Positions 8,355 to 19,067 are shown, counted from the first letter of the stretch. The stretch is DNA of 46,639 nt from an uncultured bacterium (GCA_963977445.1 CAXBPH010000012.1:1-46639), one strand, 5' to 3'. A program made the numbers and translations. Notes: generated by a model not told the origin, from the letters alone.

Positions 8355-10385
8355 ATGAGAGTAAATAGTGCCTTTACACTGATTCCGTTGGTCATAGCCA
8401 CAAGTAGTGCCGTGACCTCCCCATTCGCTCAAACAATCGGTAATTCGGTAGATTCCGACCCGTACCAGACAATAGTACGGTCAAGCTGGCTACCGGCACC
8501 GGGAGTAGTAAGCGAAGATGGCTTGACAGAGTTTCACAGTAACAAGGGCGTTCTTAACGTGACCCTGACCGCACAACTGACGGAGGTCCAGTTGGGAGAG
8601 ACCAAATTTCAGGCGACGCCTTTCAATGGTGACTATGCTGGGCCGGTATTTCGGTTGCGTCGGGGTGACACTATCAAGTTGCGCTTAAACAACCAACTGC
8701 GAAGTCCTATGAATTTGCATTTTCATGGTTTGGGCTGCTCACCACTTCCGCCTGCGGACGACGTGCTAATGCTCGTCGCGCCCGGGGAGCATTACGAATA
8801 CGCGCTCCAGATTCCGACGCAGGAAGAATCCGGCCTGTTCTGGTTTCACTCCCATGATCACGGCAGTTCACAACGCCAGGTCATGAATGGGATGAGTGGC
8901 ACGATTGTCATTGAAGGGCAGTTAGACCCCTTCCCGCAACTTAAAGACATTCGCGAACGAATAATCGTACTTAAGGATACGATTGTCGACAAGAACGGTT
9001 TTATACCCCGGGACTTCGACCTCTCGGAACCGATCATTCGAACCGTAAACGGAAAGGTCAACCCGACATTCAATATTCACCCTGGCGAAGTGCAGTTCTG
9101 GCGGGTGGTCAATGAAAGCGCTAACTTGTATTACAAGTTATCCCTGGAGGGGCACCAACTTCAGATACTCGCCCGTGACGCCATGCGTACTACCCAGTTG
9201 CTACCCGTCGATGCATACTTGCTGCCGCCAGCGAGCCGGGTGGAATTTCTTGTGGTGGGGGGGAGTAAGGGTACCTACCATTTTTCCACGGCTGACCTGG
9301 ACACGGGAACCGACGGTGATCAGTACAAGGGTGCCACCCTGGCAACGATGATATGCGACGGAGACCCGATCGATTCCGTCCCCCTACCCACGCCCGATCA
9401 GTTCCCCGCTTTGGACGATGCAAGGGAAAAAAAAGTCGACAATACGCGTACCTATGTGTTCTCTGAGAACGCCAAGACAAACCGCTTCTATATCAATGGC
9501 AAAGAGTTCGACGCAACGCGGGTCGACACGCGCGTACCGCTGGGCCAACTGGAAGAATGGACGTTCAAGAACGAGACAAACGAGTTGCATGTGTTTCACA
9601 TCCACCAAATAGACTATCAGGTAACGGCTATAAATGGAGAATCTCAGGAGTTTACCGGCTACCGTGACACTGTCAACGTGGACGCCGGAAGCAGCATTAC
9701 CATGTTGATGCCCTTTGATGAGATGCAGATTGCCGGCCGATTCGTATATCACTGCCATCTGCTCGAACACGAAGACTCAGGCATGATGGCGGTCATTGAA
9801 GTCTACGATCCGGAACAACCAGACGAACACCTGGAAGATTTTTACACCTACGTGCCACACCTTCCCGCTTTGGAGATTGATCGGCTCGCCGGCACCTTTT
9901 CACTCACTGATCACCAGAACAAAAACGTGACAGAGGCAGATTTCGCAGAAGACTACTCGTTGGTTACTTTCGGATACACTACGTGTAACGGGACCTGTGC
10001 GACCGCAGTTCCCAATATGGTGCGCGCTGCCTCGAGATTGCGTGAATCAGGTATAAAACTCGCGCCCTACGTCGTCAGCGTCGATCCGAAACGCGATTCC
10101 GTAGCCACCATGGCGGACTACGTAGGTCGATTTGGTGACGGACTCATCGGGCTTACGGGCTCGCCGGAAGACATAGAGCGTGCCGCGACGGCCTTTGGCG
10201 TTCTCTACAAGCCGCGCCCCCTAGACGGCGAGAACTCCTACACGATTCTACATTCACCTGAGATTTTCCTGCTGGCTCCCGACGGGAGATTTGTCGGTTC
10301 ATTTCTAGACACAGCGCCCCCGGAAGAAATTATTGAGAAGGTACGCCAGATTCTTGGGACAGAAAAAGTAGCGCACCGTCAATGA
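8355..10385 (+). CDS. Exported three-domain multicopper oxidase fused to a C-terminal SCO1/SenC domain
   Basis: Signal-like N-terminus. Copper motifs HFHG, WFHSHDH, HVFHIH and HCHLLEHEDSGMM, then SCO motifs FSLTD..FGYTTCNGTC, SVDPKRD and ILHS. Confidence 0.88.
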   Translation: MRVNSAFTLIPLVIATSSAVTSPFAQTIGNSVDSDPYQTIVRSSWLPAPGVVSEDGLTEFHSNKGVLNVTLTAQLTEVQLGETKFQATPFNGDYAGPVFRLRRGDTIKLRLNNQLRSPMNLHFHGLGCSPLPPADDVLMLVAPGEHYEYALQIPTQEESGLFWFHSHDHGSSQRQVMNGMSGTIVIEGQLDPFPQLKDIRERIIVLKDTIVDKNGFIPRDFDLSEPIIRTVNGKVNPTFNIHPGEVQFWRVVNESANLYYKLSLEGHQLQILARDAMRTTQLLPVDAYLLPPASRVEFLVVGGSKGTYHFSTADLDTGTDGDQYKGATLATMICDGDPIDSVPLPTPDQFPALDDAREKKVDNTRTYVFSENAKTNRFYINGKEFDATRVDTRVPLGQLEEWTFKNETNELHVFHIHQIDYQVTAINGESQEFTGYRDTVNVDAGSSITMLMPFDEMQIAGRFVYHCHLLEHEDSGMMAVIEVYDPEQPDEHLEDFYTYVPHLPALEIDRLAGTFSLTDHQNKNVTEADFAEDYSLVTFGYTTCNGTCATAVPNMVRAASRLRESGIKLAPYVVSVDPKRDSVATMADYVGRFGDGLIGLTGSPEDIERAATAFGVLYKPRPLDGENSYTILHSPEIFLLAPDGRFVGSFLDTAPPEEIIEKVRQILGTEKVAHRQ

Positions 10386-10427
10386 CAGGAACAAAGAAAC
10401 CGAGCCATACCAGACAAATATGAAGTC

Positions 10428-11372
10428 TCAGTCCGAATGTGTCTTGTGCTCTTCCCCCCGCGACAGCCGCACGTCGACGGGTGGGAAGGCAACTATATCG
10501 TAAGTCGACGAGGCGATGGAAAGGCGTTTCGGCACTTGGTCAAACTCGTCCATCATTCGGGTGAATATCTCGCTTTTGGTAACTCGCCGCCGCTTATACA
10601 GTGTGACGTAGCGAAGGTTGTACTCAAGCCAGTTGTCATTCGCTACGAGTGTAACCAATGGTTCGATTTGGGCATCCTCGATATCGTACTTCTCGACAAG
10701 CCGGCCCCACACATTTCTAGCGTGTTCCATGGCATCATAAGTCACCTCCATGCCAATTCGCGTCAGGATCTCCACAACCAATTTTCGGTCACCACCGTAT
10801 TTTATGGGAACAGTGATTTCGTCCCATACGATCGGAAAGTCCGCAGAGTAATTGTAGACCGGCGCGGAAAATATTGCGCTGTTGGAAACGCGGGCGACCC
10901 GGCCATTGTACTGGTCGGCCTTTACCCATCCACCGATCTCCATTAACGTCGTCACCATGACATTGATTCGAATGACATCCCCAGTGACGCCCCCAACCTG
11001 AACCCGGTCGCCTACTTTATAGTAGGAGCCGGTCGAGTTTATCAGCCATGCAGCGGCGTTGGCGATGACAGACTGCAAGGCGAACGCAATGCCCGCGCTG
11101 GCAACCCCTAGACTCACTCCGATATTGCTGAAATTCCCGTTAAATGTCACCACCAGAGAGACCGCAATCAGAAGGAAGCTGACAATCGAAATCGCCTTAC
11201 GAATACGACGACGGTCATCGGACTCACGCACTTTTGCAAGAAGGAGTCGGCGAGCCATGGAAGCGACGAAAAGAATCACGAGTACCAACACCGCCAGCTC
11301 GATGGTTTTTACAACGAGGGGATTGGCCAAGTAGGGCCTTAACATAGAAAGTAAACCCTTTGGAAAAGACAT
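10428..11372 (-). CDS. mscS: Small-conductance mechanosensitive channel, MscS family
   Basis: Three TM segments, GIAFALQ, YKVGDRVQVG..GDV motifs. Confidence 0.88.
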   Translation of the reverse strand: MSFPKGLLSMLRPYLANPLVVKTIELAVLVLVILFVASMARRLLLAKVRESDDRRRIRKAISIVSFLLIAVSLVVTFNGNFSNIGVSLGVASAGIAFALQSVIANAAAWLINSTGSYYKVGDRVQVGGVTGDVIRINVMVTTLMEIGGWVKADQYNGRVARVSNSAIFSAPVYNYSADFPIVWDEITVPIKYGGDRKLVVEILTRIGMEVTYDAMEHARNVWGRLVEKYDIEDAQIEPLVTLVANDNWLEYNLRYVTLYKRRRVTKSEIFTRMMDEFDQVPKRLSIASSTYDIVAFPPVDVRLSRGEEHKTHSD

Positions 11373-11879
11373 TCCGGTCACTCCTTATACTTTGCTTACG
11401 ACGATGAATTGGCAGTCTGGAATCGTTAGCGATTCTTGCCTGTGTGCCGGAGCCACTCGCACATTCGTGACGAATGAATAACCGTACCTCGTTATCACGC
11501 GCGAATACCAACTCCCATCCTCATTCTACAGTATCGACGAGGAGCTTCTGAATTCTATCTATCTCCTGAAAAAACCAACGAAGTCTCCCGAGTTTAGCGT
11601 GGCTATATCGGCAAGGGTTTCAGCACCGGCGCGAAAGCGGTCGAGAGTGTTTGCAATCGAAAGGCGTTCGCTGCGGCAAAAAGTTGCCCTACCGAATACC
11701 CACACCCCGAAGGTATAATGCCACTCAATTGATCGAGCCAATCAAGTCCGCGAAAAGCTATCTGGACATATCGTCTTGGCAGGCAAGTGGGCCAAGCGCA
11801 CGGAGGTTGGTTTTCAACTACGCCGCGCGCATTGAACCTTGTCCATGAAGGACAACTAAGATATCCCCGGGAGTACAGC

Positions 11880-12662
11880 ATGAGTTTCTTCCACACACAC
11901 CACCGGAATGGGCTGAAAAAAAAGGCCTTTCCAGCCGAGGATGCGACCAGTCTGACCGAGAGAATTCCCCTCGTGGCAATGCTCGAAGAAGATGAACGCC
12001 AGCGTTTATACCGCGACATGAACGTCTTCTTGGAAGAGAAGCAATTTGAGGGCTGCGCGGGTCTGACAATTACGCGTGAGATGGAATTGGCGGTGGCCAG
12101 CCAGGCCTGCCTCCTCATCCTCAATATTGAAACCGACTACTTTCCAGGTTGCGAATCTATCCTCATCTATCCCAGCGGCTTTTCATCCTACGAATCACGG
12201 CCCATCGGACGTGGACTTGTAATGGAATCCGAGGTAGCAAGAATTGGCGAGTCATGGGGCCAAGGCACGGTAATCCTCTCGTGGGATGCCATTCGTCGGG
12301 ATATTGCCGGGCTTACCGGCCGCAACGTGGTTCTCCATGAATTCGCACACCAACTGGACCAGTCCGATGGTGCGTCCGACGGTTGGCCCACCCCGATGGC
12401 ACCGGAAGTGGAAGCGATGTGGTTGGAAATCATGGCACCCGCGTTCAAGACGCATGTAGCCTCCGCGGAAAAAGGGAAGCACACGACCATACCCGCATAC
12501 GGTGCCAAAAAGCCCGCGGAATTCTATGCCGTTTTCACGGAGCTGTTCTTCGAGCAGCCACAGTCTTTGTTTAACGACCATCGGAAAATATACGAAGTTC
12601 TATCAGCGTACTACTGCCAAGACCCCCGATCCCGTGTGCATGCCACAGGCGCCCGTCATTAA
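11880..12662 (+). CDS. Zinc-dependent peptidase M90 / MtfA family
   Basis: FLEEKQFEGC.GL, ILIYP, NVVLHEFAHQLD and YGA..PAEFYAV.TELFFEQP motifs. Confidence 0.88.
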   Translation: MSFFHTHHRNGLKKKAFPAEDATSLTERIPLVAMLEEDERQRLYRDMNVFLEEKQFEGCAGLTITREMELAVASQACLLILNIETDYFPGCESILIYPSGFSSYESRPIGRGLVMESEVARIGESWGQGTVILSWDAIRRDIAGLTGRNVVLHEFAHQLDQSDGASDGWPTPMAPEVEAMWLEIMAPAFKTHVASAEKGKHTTIPAYGAKKPAEFYAVFTELFFEQPQSLFNDHRKIYEVLSAYYCQDPRSRVHATGARH

Positions 12663-12877
12663 TGTCCATCCTAACTGCGGCTATTCGAACGCCGTGGTAC
12701 GAACGTCCTCGGGCCAAATGATACCGACGCGCCACACCGGTACCACAAAACACTCCAATTCGGTCATGTGGATCCAGACGAAGTCGCACTCATTCACAGT
12801 AGGTTTCCCATCCGAATAGCCGAGCCAATTGACCACGATGTTGCATCTGCCGCCGTCAACCAACGTCGTTTTCCTGC

Positions 12878-13777
12878 TCATCGGATCCGTTTACCGCCTT
12901 TCGTGTTCAACGCTTCGAAGCCCGAGATGACATCGAACAATTCCTCGTCTATACTGCGCTGCCGGATCCGGTGGAAGGAGCCATTCAGTTCTGCCAGCAG
13001 ATCGGTGATGTTCTTGTCGGCGCGCTGCATGGCCGCCAGGCGACTTGCGTTCTCGCTCGCAAGCGATTCGGCGCAGGCCTGGAATAGCGATACAAATAGG
13101 TACCCACCGATGAGTGCCCGCAATGTAGACGTTCCGGCACCCATCACTTCGGGGAGGTTTGTCGTGGGCCAGGGCTCCTTGGCAAGGTTGCTGCTCCATT
13201 TCTCGTCCAGGGGCAACAATCGCTGGCGAACGGGGGCATATACCGCTCCTGGAATCGGGCGGTTGTGAAAAAGATGGAGTTCGGCACCGTCGCCCAGGCT
13301 ATGGCGCAATTCCCAATCAATCAAAATCTTTCCGACAAGGGGCGTGATGGCCTGGACTGAGCTCGGTACGGCGTAGCACCCTGCCAGCGACAGTCCTGCG
13401 TCGGCCAAGCGCCCGTTAACGCGCTCGCCCACCGCCCAGACTTCGGAACGACCCGGCACCTCCGACAGCGCCTTGATCGCATAGTCCGCCACCACATCGT
13501 TAAATTGGCCCACCAAGCCCTGGTCTGAGCCGAAGACGACGGCACTGACCACCGGTGTCCTGTTGTACTTTACTTCCATCAATGGGGCCGCGCCACGTTT
13601 TCGAAGACACGCGCCCAAGCCCAGCTCCACGGCCCGATTGTAGTCTGCCAGGGCGCGAACCGAATTCTCGTATTGCCCGATGCTCGATGCGGCCACGGCC
13701 TTCATCGTTCGGACGACGGACTGGAGATCGCCGGCCCCGGCGATCTTTCTACGCAAACTGGCCATGGAGTCGCTCAT
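12878..13777 (-). CDS. atpG: N-ATPase F1 subunit gamma
   Basis: VVRTMKAVAA, GSDQGLVGQFN, SENASRLAAMQRA and RQRSIDEELFDV motifs. The ATG at 13777 overlaps the hpf stop. Confidence 0.93.
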   Translation of the reverse strand: MSDSMASLRRKIAGAGDLQSVVRTMKAVAASSIGQYENSVRALADYNRAVELGLGACLRKRGAAPLMEVKYNRTPVVSAVVFGSDQGLVGQFNDVVADYAIKALSEVPGRSEVWAVGERVNGRLADAGLSLAGCYAVPSSVQAITPLVGKILIDWELRHSLGDGAELHLFHNRPIPGAVYAPVRQRLLPLDEKWSSNLAKEPWPTTNLPEVMGAGTSTLRALIGGYLFVSLFQACAESLASENASRLAAMQRADKNITDLLAELNGSFHRIRQRSIDEELFDVISGFEALNTKGGKRIR

Positions 13778-14145
13778 AGTTCTTCCGCGAACTCCGGTGG
13801 GGATAGGGCGGGGTCGGTTCGATGATCCTCTTGATGACGCTGCCTGCCGAGGAGGCTGTCGATCATGCCGGCCAACTTTTCCGCGGCGCCATCGATGCAT
13901 TCGTTCAAGGTCGTTGCCTGGTGGGTTACTGCGATGGGCTGGCGACCTTCCAGACGGGCCTCCATTACGCAACGCAGGGCGTCATGCCCGACTTTCTTGC
14001 TGCTGTTCTCGTCGCTCAGTTGTACTTCCACGCGTGTGATATGTTCGCTATAGCGGTCGAGAGCACTTTCCACGACGCCGCTGACAAAATCCGCCAACGA
14101 TTCGTGACCGTCTACATTGTGATCGGTGTTCACCTGGATTTGCAT
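13774..14145 (-). CDS. HPF/RaiA family ribosome-associated protein
   Basis: MQIQVNTD..ITRVEVQLSDEN..RCVMEARLEG..PIAVTH..IDGAAEKL pattern typical of the family. Confidence 0.8.
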   Translation of the reverse strand: MQIQVNTDHNVDGHESLADFVSGVVESALDRYSEHITRVEVQLSDENSSKKVGHDALRCVMEARLEGRQPIAVTHQATTLNECIDGAAEKLAGMIDSLLGRQRHQEDHRTDPALSPPEFAEEL

Positions 14146-14169
14146 GGTCTGTTCCTGTTTGGGCTTGGG

Positions 14170-15777
14170 TTAGGTCTTGGATTGGGATTCAGGATTGGAT
14201 TCGGACGCTTCCTCCCCTGGAGAATCTCCCTTGGAACTCTCTGTCGGTTTGGCCTGAAAAGGCGCGATAGCATTGTGTGCGATATTTACAATCTTTTCGC
14301 GGTCGTCGTCGCTCAGTTTGTCTGCGGTAGCCAATCGTCCCGCCACCTCGACAGGAATGCCCACCGCCGCTTTGTGCAGCGCAGTCTCGGCGGCAGCCAT
14401 ATTCTCAAGGGGCACGCCGTCAAAGAGCTTCGCGGTCAGCGCGAGCAGCACGGCAATCTGCGCGGGCACGGAAACTGGACTGAATTCCGGCTGCTTGAGG
14501 CAGGATCGAATGCGCTTTCCGTGATCAATGACCTTGCGGGTGTCGTCCTCGAGGCGAGCGCCAAACCGGGAAAATGTTTCGAGCTCTTCAAACTGGGCGT
14601 AGGCCAGCTTGAGGTCGCCCGCGACCGCGCGGTAGGCCGCGCGCTGCGCCTTGCCCCCGACGCGCGAGACGGACTTACCAACGTCGACCGCCGGCAGCAC
14701 GCCAAGATCAAAGAGGGTAGGCGAAAGGTAAATCTGGCCGTCCGTAATAGAAATCAGGTTCGTCGGAATATAGGCGGAAATATCCTGCGCCTCGGTTTCG
14801 ATAATGGGCAACGCGGTGAGAGAGCCGCCACCCAACTCGTCGCGCAGATGCGTGGCCCGTTCAAGCAGCCGGGAATGGATATAGAATATGTCGCCGGGAA
14901 AGGCTTCGCGACCAGGCGGGCGACGCAGCAGGAGCGAAAGCTCACGGTAGGCCCGGGCGTGGTGGGTGAGATCATCGTAGACGATCAATACGTCGCGGCC
15001 CGCTTCCATAAAGAATTCGGCGATGCTCGTCGCGGCATAGGGCGCAATATAGGCCAGCCCGGGCGGGTTGTTGCCTTCGGTCACGACCACGACGGTATAT
15101 GCCATCGCCCCCTTTTCCCGCAGTGTTGCCACGGCCCTTGCCACCGCCGAGGCGCGCTGTCCAATGACGCAATAGACGCAAACTACATTCTGGCCCTGCT
15201 GGTTGAGAATAGTATCGATGGCAATGGCCGTCTTGCCGGTCTGGCGGTCCCCGAGAATCAATTCGCGTTGCCCGCGCCCGACGGGAATGAGCGCGTCAAC
15301 AACTTTGAGCCCCGTCTGGAGTGGTACCGTAACTGGCGCACGCTTCATGATGGGCGGAGCCGGGCGCTCGATGGGCAGGCGTTTCTCCGAGGCCACCGGG
15401 CCATTACCGTCGAGCGGGCGACCCAGTGGATCCACCACCCGCCCGAGCAACGCGTCGCCCACCACCACGTCCATCACCCGCCCGGTTCGTCGGACTTCAT
15501 CGCCAGCATGGAGGAGCCAGTATTCCCCGAGCAGGACCACCCCGATTTCGTCCTCATCCACGTTGAACGCGATGCCGAGGACGCCACCGGGGAAAATCAC
15601 CAGTTCATCATAACCCACGCCGGAAAGACCGGAAACTTTGGCAATGCCGGTGGCCACGTTGGTAACCGTACCGACTTCCATAGGCGTCAGTTGCTGCGAA
15701 TGGGCTTCCCGTGCCCGGGCCATGCCGTCAAACGCTTCGTCATAGGTCGACTGAAGACTTTCGGGTTCTGCGCTCAT
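14170..15777 (-). CDS. atpA: N-ATPase F1 subunit alpha
   Basis: Walker [19 protein letters not shown] and ITDGQIYL motifs. Confidence 0.97.
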   Translation of the reverse strand: MSAEPESLQSTYDEAFDGMARAREAHSQQLTPMEVGTVTNVATGIAKVSGLSGVGYDELVIFPGGVLGIAFNVDEDEIGVVLLGEYWLLHAGDEVRRTGRVMDVVVGDALLGRVVDPLGRPLDGNGPVASEKRLPIERPAPPIMKRAPVTVPLQTGLKVVDALIPVGRGQRELILGDRQTGKTAIAIDTILNQQGQNVVCVYCVIGQRASAVARAVATLREKGAMAYTVVVVTEGNNPPGLAYIAPYAATSIAEFFMEAGRDVLIVYDDLTHHARAYRELSLLLRRPPGREAFPGDIFYIHSRLLERATHLRDELGGGSLTALPIIETEAQDISAYIPTNLISITDGQIYLSPTLFDLGVLPAVDVGKSVSRVGGKAQRAAYRAVAGDLKLAYAQFEELETFSRFGARLEDDTRKVIDHGKRIRSCLKQPEFSPVSVPAQIAVLLALTAKLFDGVPLENMAAAETALHKAAVGIPVEVAGRLATADKLSDDDREKIVNIAHNAIAPFQAKPTESSKGDSPGEEASESNPESQSKT

Positions 15778-16595
15778 GGGGTCGCCGCCTCGGTCTTGGA
15801 CTCATCCTGTGCGGGCACCGCCTCGGCCTCGGATTTTTCTTTATCGTCCATGCGTGCACGGGCATCCTTCTCCAGCGCATCGAGGTAACCGGCGATACTC
15901 CAGATGATTTTTTGTCCGTTCGCGGCAAGTTCGATGCCACCGATCAAATCAGGAGCCGTCTCGAAACGCAAGGGGATGTCTTCCGAAAATGTTTCGTTTA
16001 TCGCGTTTTGTACGGCCTCATGTTGTTCCTCGGGTAAGTCAAAGGCGCTACGAACGACAGCGGGCTCCGAGCCCGTCTTAAGCGCTGCGGAGAGGCGCTC
16101 TTTACTGTCGCCATCAAGCACCCGCAATTGCCGAATAAACACCTCGCCCAGGCGCTCTTCCAAGCTTACGGTCGCAAGGTCCGCCAGCGCCTTGCGCGCC
16201 ACGGCGAACACTTCCTGCTGGGTTCGCCGCCCGATGGACTGACGCAAATCCTGCTCTTCATTCCGCAACGTCTCCATCCGCTTGGTGCCCAGTGCTGTGG
16301 CCGCGTCACGGGCTTCATCGAGAAGCCGTTGGCGCTCGGTACCCGCCTCGTCCGTGGCTTTTGCCAGTAGTGCGGCACGCTCCTGGTCGAAGACCTCGTT
16401 CTTCTCATGGAATGTGTCGCGCTCCTTCCGGGCTTCGCCATCCTTGGCTTCCGTATCCGAAACGGCCGCAGCGATCCGCTTCTCCCGCGCATCAATGGCG
16501 TCGAGAATGGGTTTGTACAGGAATCGCTTCATCAGCCAAACGAGGGTGAGGAAGTTAAGGACCTGCGCGCCGACCGTGAACCAATCGATGAGCAT
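15774..16595 (-). CDS. atpF: N-ATPase Fo subunit b, extended with a delta-like C-terminus
   Basis: [18 protein letters not shown] segment, coiled coil, C-terminal [20 protein letters not shown]. Confidence 0.92.
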   Translation of the reverse strand: MLIDWFTVGAQVLNFLTLVWLMKRFLYKPILDAIDAREKRIAAAVSDTEAKDGEARKERDTFHEKNEVFDQERAALLAKATDEAGTERQRLLDEARDAATALGTKRMETLRNEEQDLRQSIGRRTQQEVFAVARKALADLATVSLEERLGEVFIRQLRVLDGDSKERLSAALKTGSEPAVVRSAFDLPEEQHEAVQNAINETFSEDIPLRFETAPDLIGGIELAANGQKIIWSIAGYLDALEKDARARMDDKEKSEAEAVPAQDESKTEAATP

Positions 16596-16598
16596 GGG

Positions 16599-16880
16599 TT
16601 ACTTCCCCGCAGCTTGTTCGATGACGTGGTTCCAGAAGGGATTGGCGAATATGAGAATCATCGATACCACAAAACAGTAAATAGCGACGGACTCGATCAT
16701 CGCAAGGCCGACGAAGAGGGTCCTGGTGATGGTGGGGGAGGCGTCGGGTTGCTGCGCGAGCGAACTGAGCGCGTTGGCGACGGCCCGTCCTTCGCCCAGT
16801 GCGGGCGCGATGCACCCGATGCTGATGGTGAGACCGGCAGTAACGATCGATGCTACGGCGATGAGAGTCATGCTGTCCAT
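16599..16880 (-). CDS. atpE: N-ATPase Fo subunit c
   Basis: Two TM helices, PALGEG, QQPD loop, MIESVAIY. Confidence 0.95.
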   Translation of the reverse strand: MDSMTLIAVASIVTAGLTISIGCIAPALGEGRAVANALSSLAQQPDASPTITRTLFVGLAMIESVAIYCFVVSMILIFANPFWNHVIEQAAGK

Positions 16881-16974
16881 AGTGTCATTTCCTTCTCTTT
16901 CAGGTTTGATATTCAGTCAGTATCGAGGTAAATGCCGCAGCCTGTCCCGCCCCCCTCGGTTTCGGGGAGAAACA

Positions 16975-17664
16975 TCACAATGCGGCGCCGAACAATGCTC
17001 CTACGCCCGCCGTCAACGCCATGGCGAGAGCGCCCCACAAGGTAACGCGCATCGCACCCCGCATCGCAGAGGCCCCTCCGGCAACCGCAGCCAAACTTCC
17101 GAGAACGGCGAGAAAAAGCAACGATGAACCGGCGACAAGGTAGATGAGATAACGCTCTGGCGCAACGGCAACAATCAGCAGGGGCAACGCTGCCCCGACG
17201 GCGAATGTACCGGCGGATGCAAACGCAGCTTGCACGGGCCGGGCCCGGAGGGAGTCCACGATACCCAATTCGTCACGGGCGTGGGCCGCCAGAGCACCAT
17301 GCTCTGTAAGTTGTTCAGCTACTTGTCTGGCAAGCGAGGCTGTGAGGCCACGCTTTTCATAGATGCCAGTCAGTTCCGCCAGTTCGCCTGGGCCGTCAAT
17401 TTCAAGCTCCCTTTCTTCCAGCGAAAGGTCGGCCCGCTCCGTGTCCGCCTGTGAACTAACCGAGACGTACTCGCCCGCCGCCATTGACATAGCGCCAGCG
17501 ACCAGTCCGGCCACGCCAGCGACCAGAATGTTGTGACTATTGGCATGGGCCGCCGCAACGCCGAGGACCAGGCTCGCCGTTGAAACGATGCCGTCATTTG
17601 CGCCCAGAACGGCTGCTCGTAACCAGCCGATACGTTCTGTGCGGTGCTTTTCTCGATGGGCCAT
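16975..17664 (-). CDS. VIT1/CCC1 family Fe/Mn transporter
   Basis: WLRAAVLGANDGIVS, AGAMSMAAGEYVSVSSQ and AHARDELG motifs. Confidence 0.92.
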   Translation of the reverse strand: MAHREKHRTERIGWLRAAVLGANDGIVSTASLVLGVAAAHANSHNILVAGVAGLVAGAMSMAAGEYVSVSSQADTERADLSLEERELEIDGPGELAELTGIYEKRGLTASLARQVAEQLTEHGALAAHARDELGIVDSLRARPVQAAFASAGTFAVGAALPLLIVAVAPERYLIYLVAGSSLLFLAVLGSLAAVAGGASAMRGAMRVTLWGALAMALTAGVGALFGAAL

Positions 17665-17735
17665 GGACAATCTTTCGTTGGTTACTGGTTCTGGGTGATA
17701 TCAGAGAATGTGTGGATCTTTTTAAGACAGGCATA

Positions 17736-18443
17736 TCAAGTAGTTGCCTCAGGATCAGGTGTGATTTCCTGCGCGGGCTCGCGAGTCCGTGTTGCTGCGG
17801 CTATGTATACGGCGGCGAGGATGCTGAAAATGTACGCCTGCACCATACCCGTGAGCAGTCCCAGGACGGTCATCACGATGGGAAAAATGAATGGCGTAAT
17901 AGAAAGGAGAATCCCGACAAGCATTGCCCCGCTCATCATGTTGCCAAAGAGGCGGATCGACAGGGCCAGGGTGCGAGAAAGCTCGCTGATGATGTTAAAC
18001 GGCAGCATCATAAACGTAGGTTCCAGATAGGACTTCAAATAACCGCCGGCACCCTGCTCCTCGATCCCGAAGAGCGGCACGGCCACGAACACACACATTG
18101 CAAGGGCCACCGTCGTTGAGAGGGAGGCCGTCGGGGGTTCGTAGCCGGGAATAATCGTACAGAGGCTCGCCATAGCGACAAACAGAAAGAGCGTGCCCAG
18201 AAATCCGATATATTTTCGTGAATTGCGCAGCCCCACTTCTTCGATTTGCTTCTCAATGCCGCCGACCACAATCTCCAGAAAATTCTGCCAGCGAGAACGG
18301 GTGAGGGCGGTGGAAAGCCGTCGCGTAATAAGCCACGAACCGACGACCAGAACGCTCATGATCGCCCAGGTAAACACGATAGTTCCGTTGAGCTTGAAAA
18401 CCCCATGTTGCCAGAAAATGATTTCATCGGGGCTGAGTCGCAT
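17736..18443 (-). CDS. atpB: N-ATPase Fo subunit a
   Basis: PPTASL, essential Arg in LSIRLFGNM, QAYIF. Confidence 0.95.
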   Translation of the reverse strand: MRLSPDEIIFWQHGVFKLNGTIVFTWAIMSVLVVGSWLITRRLSTALTRSRWQNFLEIVVGGIEKQIEEVGLRNSRKYIGFLGTLFLFVAMASLCTIIPGYEPPTASLSTTVALAMCVFVAVPLFGIEEQGAGGYLKSYLEPTFMMLPFNIISELSRTLALSIRLFGNMMSGAMLVGILLSITPFIFPIVMTVLGLLTGMVQAYIFSILAAVYIAAATRTREPAQEITPDPEATT

Positions 18444-18744
18444 GGTGGGCCTCCTCTGCGGCGCTAACCGTTGTTTCGGGTACGCGGGTGAACCAAGTCA
18501 CCACCACGCGAGCAATGACAAATCCGAGTAGACAGGCCAACAGCCGTGTCCAGGAATACTGACCCACCCAATAGAAGCCGGCCAGAACCGTGATAGTTCG
18601 CAACAGCAAGCTGCCGGAGAACCAGATTGCGGGTTGCTGAGAACTCAGGCCCTTCCGAACCGTCCACCACAGACCGCCAAAGTACATCGCACCGAGCAGC
18701 CCGCCTGCAGCAACGGCCAACATCAATCCCAATGCTTCATTCAT
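18424..18744 (-). CDS. atpR: N-ATPase accessory membrane protein AtpR
   Basis: G.LLGA.YFGGLWWTVR, SLLLR and LLGFVIAR motifs; canonical position between atpQ and atpB. Confidence 0.85.
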   Translation of the reverse strand: MNEALGLMLAVAAGGLLGAMYFGGLWWTVRKGLSSQQPAIWFSGSLLLRTITVLAGFYWVGQYSWTRLLACLLGFVIARVVVTWFTRVPETTVSAAEEAHHATQPR

Positions 18745-19067
18745 GGCTATCCTCCTGTTCTGCGCCCATCGCCTTATCCTCTTTGTCTATCCAATGCCAG
18801 GCGTTCAAGCAGCCGACAGCCAGGCCAATTATGAGAAACGTCAGCGTCCAGGAATGGGTGCCCGGATGGCGTTCGTCCAGCCAGACACCAAAGGCTGTAC
18901 CAAGCAATACCGGTACGGCGACCGACCAGCCGACGAGTCCCATCATGCCCAGTCCAAACCAGACTCCCGGGTGGGCATGCCGCCGCGCCTTGAGCTTGCG
19001 CGCCGCCTTCGCGCCGACCTCCCGACCGAATGACGTCCGGTCCTCTGGGCCTTTGGTCTCGGGTTCT

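Noticed and set aside
11590..11700. c-di-GMP-I riboswitch-like GAAA hairpins between mscS and the MtfA-like gene
   Set aside because: The GGCAAAC...GACGCAAA core is not matched.
13822..15888. 688-aa plus-strand ORF
   Set aside because: Antisense shadow of atpA/hpf caused by GC-rich codon bias; no recognisable motifs.
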